A stretch of 64,000 bases of DNA from Fimbriimonadaceae bacterium (GTDB taxonomy: Bacteria; Armatimonadota; Fimbriimonadia; Fimbriimonadales; Fimbriimonadaceae): positions 225,564-289,563 of the forward strand of contig CP075366.1 in assembly GCA_019454145.1 (NCBI GenBank). The letters are read 5' to 3'. Of the stretch, positions 47,226-55,581 are shown one piece after another (the stretch's first letter is position 1; each line of letters starts with the position of its first letter). Made by a program: the position numbers and the translations under genes. The notes under the pieces were generated by a model. It saw nothing but the letters and a program-made list of their open reading frames with translations. It made no database searches and had not been told where the DNA came from.

Positions 47226-48167
47226 CTATGAATCGTTGAGAAGCTCGTTGATTTCTTGCTTGGCCGATTCGTAAGCCAGAGTGTTTCTCTCAATTGTTTC
47301 TAATTGATTTCGGGCGTTTTCGACCATTGCGGTGAGGGATGCACGAATATCGAAATCAGAATCGTCTTCGCTTGCACCATCAAATTGCTTAAATTCATCC
47401 ATCAGTCTTTTGCGCCTCACGAGCTCCGCGAGTTGATTTTCGAGCCCAACTTGCTGAAGCCGGATTTCTGCGGCTTGGCTATCGATTTGAGCAATATCTT
47501 GGGTGGTTTTATTGATCAATGTTCCGATATGGGTGAGCTTGGGACGCAAAACGCTTTTCCATGCCTCGTCGCTAGATTGGGCGATCTCATCAGTGAGTCG
47601 TCGGGCGAGTTTTTCGAGTTGTTCTCGTTTACTTTGGAGATATTTCGTTTGATGGTAAAGGTCAACGTTCGATTTATTAAGTGTCTCAATCGTCGGTGTG
47701 AGGACGTATTTGGCGATGGGAACGAGAACTTCTAGCGACTGAAAGTTGAAATCGGATTGTGAGGTTGCTTTGATAGATTCTTTTCGGCTTCGATTGCGGT
47801 ACGCCTTGTAAAACGATCTCGAAATGAACCGTAGTCGGAAGTTTTTTGGATATCGAATACGCAATATCGAGCCTAGTGTAATCAGCAATCCGAGTAATAA
47901 AAACGGAATCGGATGTGGGAAAGAACTCCATAGTAGATAGTTCAGCAAATAGATAGGAAGGGTAATGATAGTTGCCCGAAGGAGAGCCTCTACTATCACA
48001 CCAATGCGATAGTGGGCGGTTTCGTAATATTCATCGGGCGGAGCCTGAAACTCTAATTCCTTCTGCTCAGATTTAGTTGCCGCCAGCCAGATTTTATAGA
48101 GTTGATTTTCGTCCTCAAAATCCGGCAGAAACGAAGGCGGTATCTGTTCCGGAGTTGAGTCTTCCAC
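47226..48167 (-). CDS. Membrane-anchored coiled-coil protein, paralogue A
   Basis: LYKIWL, two TM helices, heptads, C-terminal AYESAKQEINELLNDS. Confidence 0.75.
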   Translation of the reverse strand: MEDSTPEQIPPSFLPDFEDENQLYKIWLAATKSEQKELEFQAPPDEYYETAHYRIGVIVEALLRATIITLPIYLLNYLLWSSFPHPIPFLLLGLLITLGSILRIRYPKNFRLRFISRSFYKAYRNRSRKESIKATSQSDFNFQSLEVLVPIAKYVLTPTIETLNKSNVDLYHQTKYLQSKREQLEKLARRLTDEIAQSSDEAWKSVLRPKLTHIGTLINKTTQDIAQIDSQAAEIRLQQVGLENQLAELVRRKRLMDEFKQFDGASEDDSDFDIRASLTAMVENARNQLETIERNTLAYESAKQEINELLNDS

Positions 48168-48191
48168 CTCTTACCTGTTACGGTGGGTGGT

Positions 48192-49271
48192 CTAAGCCCG
48201 TTTATAAAATCGCTTGCTTACGATTGTTCCTGCTTCATGTGAGCCTCGAATGTCCACCGTGCAGGCGGTCTTGAGCGGAATATCGCTGTTTACAAGGGCA
48301 AAGGCGATCCCGCATTCAAGCAACGGTGAATAAACGCCGCTAGTGACTTTGCCAACTTCCTTACCATCCACGGAAACTTTCATACCAGGGGTTGGTATTC
48401 GGCGACCTTCCATACGGATGCCTTGAAGTTTTTGCGCAGTGCCGTTTTCTCTGGCGGCGTTGATAATTTCGGAACCAAGGAAAGACTTAGTTTTGCTGAT
48501 GACCCAACCCAACCCGGCGGCGATGGGAGAGAGTTCGTCATTCAATTCGTGACCGTACAGCGGCAATCCGGCTTCAACTCGGAGAGTATCACGCGATCCA
48601 AGCCCGCATGGCTCGACACCAGCGGCAACTAGAGCATCCCAAAGTTTGCCAGCTTGATCAGCGGGGCAAACAAGTTCAAAACCATCCTCGCCAGTGTAGC
48701 CAGATCGGGCGGCAAAGCAGGGAACTCCACCCACATTGCAATCGGCCGTGCCAAAGAAATCTAAGTTGTTGAGTGCTTCCGCGTTATCGCTGAGTTGGGC
48801 GACTATGGCTCCCGCTTTCGGGCCTTGAACCGCGATCATCGCGGTTTCGGCGGTTGTGTCTACCATCGTCACGCTGCTCGGTAAATGGGATTTCAGGTGA
48901 GCGACATCTTTAGCATGATTGGCAGCATTGACGACCATCTTGTAAATGTCGTCGGACTCTTTGTAAACAATAATGTCGTCCACTACTCCCCCTTGTGGAT
49001 TTGGGAGCATTGAATAATGACCTCGGTTGGGGGTGAGCTGAGCGACGTCATTGGTTGTCACTTTCTCAAGAAACTCAAGCACCCCTGCCCCGCTGAATGT
49101 CAGGCGAGCCATGTGAGAAACATCGAACATTCCTGCGCCTTCGCGAACCGCTTTTGCTTCGGCAATCACCGATTTATATTGAACTGGCATTTCGTAGCCA
49201 GCGAATTCAACCATTCGCCCGTTGGCTTGAATATGGTTAGGATGAAGAGGGGTTACAGCGGCGTTGCTCAC
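48192..49271 (-). CDS. gcvT: Glycine cleavage system aminomethyltransferase T
   Basis: FAGYEMPVQY, FDVSHM, RSGYTGEDGFE, GLGSRDTLRVEAGLPLYGHE. Confidence 0.96.
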   Translation of the reverse strand: MSNAAVTPLHPNHIQANGRMVEFAGYEMPVQYKSVIAEAKAVREGAGMFDVSHMARLTFSGAGVLEFLEKVTTNDVAQLTPNRGHYSMLPNPQGGVVDDIIVYKESDDIYKMVVNAANHAKDVAHLKSHLPSSVTMVDTTAETAMIAVQGPKAGAIVAQLSDNAEALNNLDFFGTADCNVGGVPCFAARSGYTGEDGFELVCPADQAGKLWDALVAAGVEPCGLGSRDTLRVEAGLPLYGHELNDELSPIAAGLGWVISKTKSFLGSEIINAARENGTAQKLQGIRMEGRRIPTPGMKVSVDGKEVGKVTSGVYSPLLECGIAFALVNSDIPLKTACTVDIRGSHEAGTIVSKRFYKRA

Positions 49272-49448
49272 GGAAACGGAGTATATTCTGAGAAGTTCAG
49301 GAAGTTTATTGTTTTAGTCCTGTTTGGCTTGAATGTTGAACGAAGCTAATATTCTTTTCCGTCTTAGCTGTACGCCTGGTAAACTACAAGATGGCGTGGA
49401 GCCTGAATTCAGTACGGGAATTACTGCTTTCGGAACTTTTGGGAAAAT

Positions 49449-50672
49449 ATGCACACCATCACTTGTAGTCAGTGCCAAGCAAAAAACACTATTGACGGAG
49501 CATTTTGCCGTCAGTGTGGGGCGCAGTTATCTGAATCTGCACGGGAAGAAATGAGAGAGGAAGCAGCAAAATTACTAATTGACGGTCGTCAATTACTGAA
49601 CGATGGTCGAACTCACGAAGCGGTAATGGTTGCCGAATCTGTTTTAGAAGTCAACCCAACCGATGCCGATGCCTTAGCTTTACTGGGTGATATCTACGAG
49701 CGCGACGGACAACTTTCTGAAGCACTTGAAACCTACGAAAAGGTTTGCGAACTTCGCCCGGATTCTGCAATTGACCGAATCCGAGCCGCTCACCTACGCA
49801 AGTTAGTCGCCGCAGAAGAATTTGCCGTGGATGTTCCATCCGAGCGCAAACGCAGTTTGCTCCTCGTTGCAGCAGCTGGTGTTCTCTTGACCTCAGTCGG
49901 AGCCGCATTCTTCTTTGCGAGTACTGGTCAACCCACAGTTGATAAGAATCTTGTTGCTAAAAACGATCCAACCGTTGCCGGTTTTGCCGGACTCAGCCCA
50001 ACCCTGGTTCCCAATGTCCCGCCAAAAGATATGAAGGCGGAGGTTGATAATTCAACTAGTGGCACGTCAAGCGTTGTTGGAGTTAATAACAATCCCGGAT
50101 ACGATCCTAAACGTACAACTACGGGGCCAGGTAGAGATGGTAATCCAGAAGATTACAGACCTTATCAACCAACCTTGGGTGACTGGCCAGTCAATCTCAC
50201 TCAGCAAAATCCTAGCCTATCAACAAATAATCCGAACAATAACCAACCTTCAACTGCAAAGCCTGCTGACGAACCTCCCAAAGATCCGGTTGCGAAAGAA
50301 GAAGACGATCCAGGCATTATCGAAATGAAGGTGAACCCAGGTTCATCTAGCAACTCTAGCGGTGGTACAGCAGTAGATAACCTTTCGGCTGAACAGCTGA
50401 TTCAAAAAGCGCGCAACCTGTACGTTCAAGAAAATTATGCTGGTGCGGCCGCAGCTTATGAACAAGCGATTAAGGCCGGAGCCAACACTGGTGCTACTTA
50501 CCAACGACTTGCTCAATGCTACGAAAAGTTAGGTAAGCGATCCAATGCAATTCAGGCTTATCGCCAAGCGATTTCTGCATTTGATAACCAAATCGCTCGT
50601 GGAAACGCATCGTCTTCAGTCAGAGCGGCAAAAGAGTCTTGCGAAAAAGCAATCGCGGCTCTGGGAGGCTGA
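49449..50672 (+). CDS. Zinc-ribbon / TPR / single-TM / TPR protein
   Basis: N-terminal CSQC..CRQC, TPR helices, central TM, P/N/S-rich linker, C-terminal TPR. Confidence 0.8.
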   Translation: MHTITCSQCQAKNTIDGAFCRQCGAQLSESAREEMREEAAKLLIDGRQLLNDGRTHEAVMVAESVLEVNPTDADALALLGDIYERDGQLSEALETYEKVCELRPDSAIDRIRAAHLRKLVAAEEFAVDVPSERKRSLLLVAAAGVLLTSVGAAFFFASTGQPTVDKNLVAKNDPTVAGFAGLSPTLVPNVPPKDMKAEVDNSTSGTSSVVGVNNNPGYDPKRTTTGPGRDGNPEDYRPYQPTLGDWPVNLTQQNPSLSTNNPNNNQPSTAKPADEPPKDPVAKEEDDPGIIEMKVNPGSSSNSSGGTAVDNLSAEQLIQKARNLYVQENYAGAAAAYEQAIKAGANTGATYQRLAQCYEKLGKRSNAIQAYRQAISAFDNQIARGNASSSVRAAKESCEKAIAALGG

Positions 50673-52351
50673 TTCTGCGGAATTGGCGTCTAGCTACACT
50701 GATAATCCCCATATTTGCACTAGCTCTCTCGGCGAGAGCTAGTGTTCCTCGTATATTTATTCTGCAATTGCAGGAAGACCCTTCACTCGTCAACGGATAC
50801 GAAAGCTTAATCCTTGATTCGTACGTGGCGCAGGCACTAGACGACATTGGTCAAGTCGAGCCGCTGGTTTGGTCAATGGCTGATCCTGTCTTCCGCAAAA
50901 TTGCGGCGGAAAAAGAATTTCCGACTTCCTGGGAGACTCCGAATCAGAGAGATATTGTTTCAGTTGCCCGCCAAGTCGGGGCTGAATACACGCTGGTCGT
51001 TTGGAGCTACCGGAACGGCGCAATCGTTCGACCAATTGCGACTCTGTACCGCGGGGCCGCATCGCGAAAAATTTGGAATTACGGAGATTGGGATCGTCGC
51101 TTAGTTCCATTTTTTAGCGGAGACATTCGCCAGTTAAGCGACCAATCTGTGCAAGAGACAAATGATCAGTACAAAGGGGTTCAACGCGAATTTTCTGCGA
51201 TTCAGGTTGGTCGGGATTATGACTGGGACTCTACGTCTCGCACAATTGCCCAAACTTGGGCCTGGTTGCTCCGACAAGACCCGTTCAAAAGTTTGCCAGT
51301 TCGTCCCAAAAATGATCTGCCTCCCCCTGATCCTGGCTTAACCGTGGTCAAGCCTCCGGGGGTCAATCTTGATCCCAGCGGCGACGGAATGAAATACGTT
51401 GACGATTTGCTGGGGATTGGTAATCGCGAACTCGCAATTGTCTACCTACGCGATTTAATTGATCAGCACCCATTTGAAGAGATTTATCGCACTAAATTAG
51501 TTGACGTTTTGATGGATAGCCGACTCTACAATGAAGCGGCTCTAGAGGCTGATCGTGCTGCACCAATGGCTCAAAATCCAGTGACTTTTTATCTACAAGC
51601 TACGGAATGTTGGCTCCGTTGCGGAAATGATGATAAGGCGAGAATCAGCTTAAACGAAGTTCTGGCGCGAGGTGGGCAGGGCCGAACCACATACGCATTA
51701 CTTGGTCGGGTTTATCTTAGTTCGGGCGATTATGCACAAGCGGCGGAAGCTTTTTCGCAAGCTATCCAGCTTGGCCCAACTCCAGAAATGGTGTATTTCC
51801 GCGCCGCGAGCCATGCTTTGGCAGGTGATCCAGATTCTTGCCGCCAGGATTTGGCTAGCTTAGTAGATGTAGATGCGAGTGGAATCGCAGACGCATATAT
51901 GGAAGTGATGGCGATCATGGAAAAATTATTTGAGCAAACTGGAACGAGAACGAGAGACCTCATTCCACAACTGCGGCTCAAGGTCACTCCTGATCTGACC
52001 GCAATTGCGGCTAGGAATCTGTTATTTGCTCAGAGTATGGGGACTTTAATTGAAATTGGGCCGGTGCCACCGATTTTTTCACGTTCGCATCAACTGCGCC
52101 AATTGGCACACAAATTGATGATTCAATCCACTACGGAGGTCTTTGAGTTTGCAAAGACCGGTAAAGCAGAAACCGCTAACGAAGGAACCATGAGTTTAGG
52201 CGAGGCCTTACGCATGTTGCCAAAGATTCGCGAGCAATACCGATCAGAGCAATCCGGGCAGGCTGCTGCTCAGTCTCCAGTTGGTGAAACAAAATGGTTG
52301 AATTCTTGCAAATGGTTGGTTTCCTGGCAGTCGTCTTCGCTGCCTCTCTAG
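50639..52351 (+). CDS. Exported TPR-containing protein
   Basis: Signal-like N-terminus, TPR motifs (ALLGRVYLSSGDYAQAAEAFSQAIQLGP). Confidence 0.75.
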   Translation: MRKSNRGSGRLILRNWRLATLIIPIFALALSARASVPRIFILQLQEDPSLVNGYESLILDSYVAQALDDIGQVEPLVWSMADPVFRKIAAEKEFPTSWETPNQRDIVSVARQVGAEYTLVVWSYRNGAIVRPIATLYRGAASRKIWNYGDWDRRLVPFFSGDIRQLSDQSVQETNDQYKGVQREFSAIQVGRDYDWDSTSRTIAQTWAWLLRQDPFKSLPVRPKNDLPPPDPGLTVVKPPGVNLDPSGDGMKYVDDLLGIGNRELAIVYLRDLIDQHPFEEIYRTKLVDVLMDSRLYNEAALEADRAAPMAQNPVTFYLQATECWLRCGNDDKARISLNEVLARGGQGRTTYALLGRVYLSSGDYAQAAEAFSQAIQLGPTPEMVYFRAASHALAGDPDSCRQDLASLVDVDASGIADAYMEVMAIMEKLFEQTGTRTRDLIPQLRLKVTPDLTAIAARNLLFAQSMGTLIEIGPVPPIFSRSHQLRQLAHKLMIQSTTEVFEFAKTGKAETANEGTMSLGEALRMLPKIREQYRSEQSGQAAAQSPVGETKWLNSCKWLVSWQSSSLPL

Positions 52352-52968
52352 GAATTTCCTATTTCATTACCCGCAGCAAACGCAAAAGCGTTCAGCTGGT
52401 TCCTCTCCCAGAAAATGCCCGTGTCCGCATGGTTGGTCCAGGTGGTTCGTACCGGTGCTTTTATCTCCGGCGTAATAAGCATGGGTTAGTTTTTAGTGCC
52501 CCGATCCAGCGCGATCACTATGTTCCTGTACGCATTGGAGAATCCATGATGGTTCAGGCTCCTTTATCCGACAGTATCCTCACCTTTAGGACTTCGGTGG
52601 TTGACCGCGACGTTGATACTCACGAATTTACATTGGCGATTCCCGAACGAGTCCGCCACGTTGATCGCCGTTCGGAAAAACGCGACTCCTCCCTGAGTGG
52701 CTCAATCATCCGATTAAACGATGAGCCAGCTAGCCTCAATGATTTAAGTGCAGGTGGAGCAAAGGTGATTTCAAACGCACTCGTCCGCCCAGGCGATACC
52801 GTCAAGGTAGAACTTCCCGGTGACTACGGCGTGATCTACGGTTGGGCATTGGAAGCAATTCCCACAGCTTATGGCACAGGTATGGCAAGTGAAATACGGG
52901 TGCGGTTTGAAGAGCCACTCTCTGGATTAGCTGGCATTCAACGTCGGCACCACTATCTAGGTCGTTGA
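52294..52968 (+). CDS. YcgR-like PilZ-domain c-di-GMP effector with N-terminal TM
   Basis: RSEKR (RxxxR) and DLSAGG motifs preceded by a YcgR_N-like beta domain. Confidence 0.8.
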   Translation: MVEFLQMVGFLAVVFAASLGISYFITRSKRKSVQLVPLPENARVRMVGPGGSYRCFYLRRNKHGLVFSAPIQRDHYVPVRIGESMMVQAPLSDSILTFRTSVVDRDVDTHEFTLAIPERVRHVDRRSEKRDSSLSGSIIRLNDEPASLNDLSAGGAKVISNALVRPGDTVKVELPGDYGVIYGWALEAIPTAYGTGMASEIRVRFEEPLSGLAGIQRRHHYLGR

Positions 52969-52976
52969 GAAATTAA

Positions 52977-53010
52977 TTGGCCCCGCCTGGGAAGTACGGG
53001 GCCTTTATTT
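52977..53010 (+). terminator. Probable terminator after the PilZ gene
   Basis: GGCCCCG..CGGGGCC followed by TTTATTT. Confidence 0.65.
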
Positions 53011-53318
53011 GGAACGAGACGGTTCTGGGAATACCGCCTCTCGCGCTTTGATTTTGAGGAGGATTCGCGTCCTAATTGTATAAACGCATTTTTCCGCTCT
53101 GCGCTTCCTGAAAATTGGCTTTTATAGGCTAAATGGGCCGCGATCTTAATGATCCGTGGTCAAACGCATGATATTAGGGATTTACAAGACTCTTTTGGAG
53201 TCAGTTTTGATTCGCAGTCCTATCGTGCTAATTTGCTGGTTTCTTCACAGAATCTTTATACTCAAACGCCTGTAATTTCGCCTGTATCGCCCGATTATCC
53301 AAATAAGGAGAAACAGCA

Positions 53319-54218
53319 ATGACAATCCGTGGAATTCAGCGAATGGCAAAAAAGACTTGGCATGCAGCAATGCGAGGCGAAATCTTCAATGCCGAGCTTG
53401 CCAAGACCGTGGGATTTTCATTGCTGATTCTCGTTGGTATTGGCATGCTAGCGCGTGTTTTTGGCCCGATGCTGTTCAAGGGCATTGGCCTGAGTTATTT
53501 GTACTTTGTTCCGATCTGGTTTTCGGCCCGCCAAGGCGGTCGAATCGCCGGATTTTTAACATGCGTGGCGACTTCTACAAGCATGAGCCTGGGTGCCGAT
53601 GCAAGTTGGCCGTTTATGGCTTGGCTTGCGAATGTAGTTCTTCTCAGCGCGGTCATGATGGTGTTTGTTCATTTTGAACAGCGAATCGCTAGCGTTAACG
53701 AAGCGGCTCGAACCGATAGCTTGACCGGGTTGCTGAACCGCCGCGCGTTTGTGACCGAAGCAAAACGGGCACTCGTCCGCACGGTACGAGAATATTCATC
53801 CGCAAGCTTGGTTCTTCTCGACTGTAACAAGTTCAAGCAGATCAACGACCTGCACGGTCACGCATCGGGCGACGAGGCCTTGAAGATCGTTGCTCAGGCA
53901 CTTCACGATGCTGGTCAACGTGACGACGTGGTTGGACGCCTTGGTGGAGACGAGTTCGTGGTTCTACTTGCGGACACAGATTCAATTGGCGCAAATATGT
54001 TCCTCAACCGACTGCGTGGAATCTTAAGCCGATCATCATCAGATTTACCGTTTGACCTTTCGGTTTCAGCGGGGATTGCTTACTTCGGCGAAGATGCCCG
54101 GTCTCTTGATCAGCTCATGGCTGTGGCGGACGAAAAGATGTACCGCAATAAGCAACGCGAACGAGCGGTGATTTCTATTGCCGACGTTGCAGAGAAGTCT
54201 GAACGGATGATGCGGTAA
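53319..54218 (+). CDS. Membrane-bound diguanylate cyclase (GGDEF)
   Basis: TDSLTGLLNRR, DCNKFKQINDLHGH, GRLGGDEF; four N-terminal TM helices. Confidence 0.92.
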   Translation: MTIRGIQRMAKKTWHAAMRGEIFNAELAKTVGFSLLILVGIGMLARVFGPMLFKGIGLSYLYFVPIWFSARQGGRIAGFLTCVATSTSMSLGADASWPFMAWLANVVLLSAVMMVFVHFEQRIASVNEAARTDSLTGLLNRRAFVTEAKRALVRTVREYSSASLVLLDCNKFKQINDLHGHASGDEALKIVAQALHDAGQRDDVVGRLGGDEFVVLLADTDSIGANMFLNRLRGILSRSSSDLPFDLSVSAGIAYFGEDARSLDQLMAVADEKMYRNKQRERAVISIADVAEKSERMMR

Positions 54219-54222
54219 GGAT

Positions 54223-55563
54223 TTAGAAAATCCCCTGCAATCGTCCGGTCGAATCTCCCAGTTCCTCCACCTTCACGCCAACCTGATCCAGCATGGTCAG
54301 GAATAAGTTGGTGAGCGGGGTTCCGTTTCGGTAGGCGAAGTGCTGACCCGTTGGAATCTTGCCCCCTGCACGACCAGCGAGAAGTAGTGGAAGATCGTCA
54401 TGGTTATGCCGGTCACCGTCGGAAATTCCACCGCCGTATAGAATCATCGAGTTATCAAGTAGGGTGCCGTTACCGTCGTCAATACTCGCCATTTTTTTAA
54501 GAATGTAAGCAAGTTGCTCGATATGATAAAGGTCAATCTGTCGCTTCTTTTCTAGCTTTGCCGGGTCTTTGCCATGGTGACTGATATCGTGGTGACCGTC
54601 ATTGATCTGAATTTCGTTGTACGGACGATTGCTTCCTTCGTTAGCGAACATAAACGTACAAACTCGGGTGAGATCGCTTTGTAAAGCGAGGATCATCATA
54701 TCGCCCATGAGCCGAATGTGTTCGCCTCGATCGCCAGGAACCCCGCGCGGTGCCTGCATTCCGCTCAATAGAATTTGCTTATTATCCTGTTCGTATTTTG
54801 AGAGTCGGAGCTCGATCTCACGAATAGAAGTGAAGTACTCCTCGATTTTCTGCTGATCACGGACGCCTAATCGGTTTTGGAGTCGTTCTGCATCTTCACT
54901 GACGAAATCCAGAATAGAAAGCTCGTACTTGCGGCGCTTGGCGGCGGATTCTGCTGATTCCACATCATCCATCGTGCCGAATAAACGTTCAAAGAGAAGT
55001 CGTGGGTTGACTTCTTTTGAGTTAGGGGTGGATTCTCCCCGCCAAGAAATAGAAGAGGAATATGCGCAGGAGTAGCCGGAATCGCAGTTACCGCCAAGGG
55101 CACCTCGTTCGCATCCAATTTCGAGGCTGGGAAACTTAGTGAGGTGACCGATAGCCTGGGCGGCGATCTGATCGGCAGAAACTCCAACTTTGATGTCGGA
55201 GCCAGCGGTTTTTCGTGCCTGAACACCAGTAAGCCAACTTGCCGAAGAACGGGCGTGATCGCCTGGGCCATCGCCATTTGCAAATGCCTTCATTTGCGAA
55301 AGGCCACTGATCACGCTGAGTTCTTTACGGACAGATTCAAGAGGGGCAAGAGTTCCTGGCAGATTGTAAGCCGCACCAGTGGTTGTTGGACGCCAGTGCG
55401 CCATGTTGATCCCGTTAGGAACAAACAAGTAAGCCATTCGCACGGGCCGGGCAACCGTAGTCTGCGCGACTGCCATACGCGGGGCAAGTGTTTCGAGGAA
55501 GGGCAGAGTGACAAGTGCACCGGCTCCCCGTAGAACATTGCGACGACTTACTTTATGACTCAT
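54223..55563 (-). CDS. DUF1552 domain protein (Tat-type N-terminus)
   Basis: SRRNVLRGAGALVTLPFLE, FVPNG, CDSGYSCAY, HDISHH, LPLLLAG. Confidence 0.9.
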   Translation of the reverse strand: MSHKVSRRNVLRGAGALVTLPFLETLAPRMAVAQTTVARPVRMAYLFVPNGINMAHWRPTTTGAAYNLPGTLAPLESVRKELSVISGLSQMKAFANGDGPGDHARSSASWLTGVQARKTAGSDIKVGVSADQIAAQAIGHLTKFPSLEIGCERGALGGNCDSGYSCAYSSSISWRGESTPNSKEVNPRLLFERLFGTMDDVESAESAAKRRKYELSILDFVSEDAERLQNRLGVRDQQKIEEYFTSIREIELRLSKYEQDNKQILLSGMQAPRGVPGDRGEHIRLMGDMMILALQSDLTRVCTFMFANEGSNRPYNEIQINDGHHDISHHGKDPAKLEKKRQIDLYHIEQLAYILKKMASIDDGNGTLLDNSMILYGGGISDGDRHNHDDLPLLLAGRAGGKIPTGQHFAYRNGTPLTNLFLTMLDQVGVKVEELGDSTGRLQGIF

Positions 55564-55581
55564 GATTGGCTCTTGTTTAGT

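Noticed and set aside
52970-53318. c-di-GMP riboswitch or ncRNA upstream of the GGDEF gene
   Set aside because: No convincing GEMM consensus by eye; needs an Infernal search
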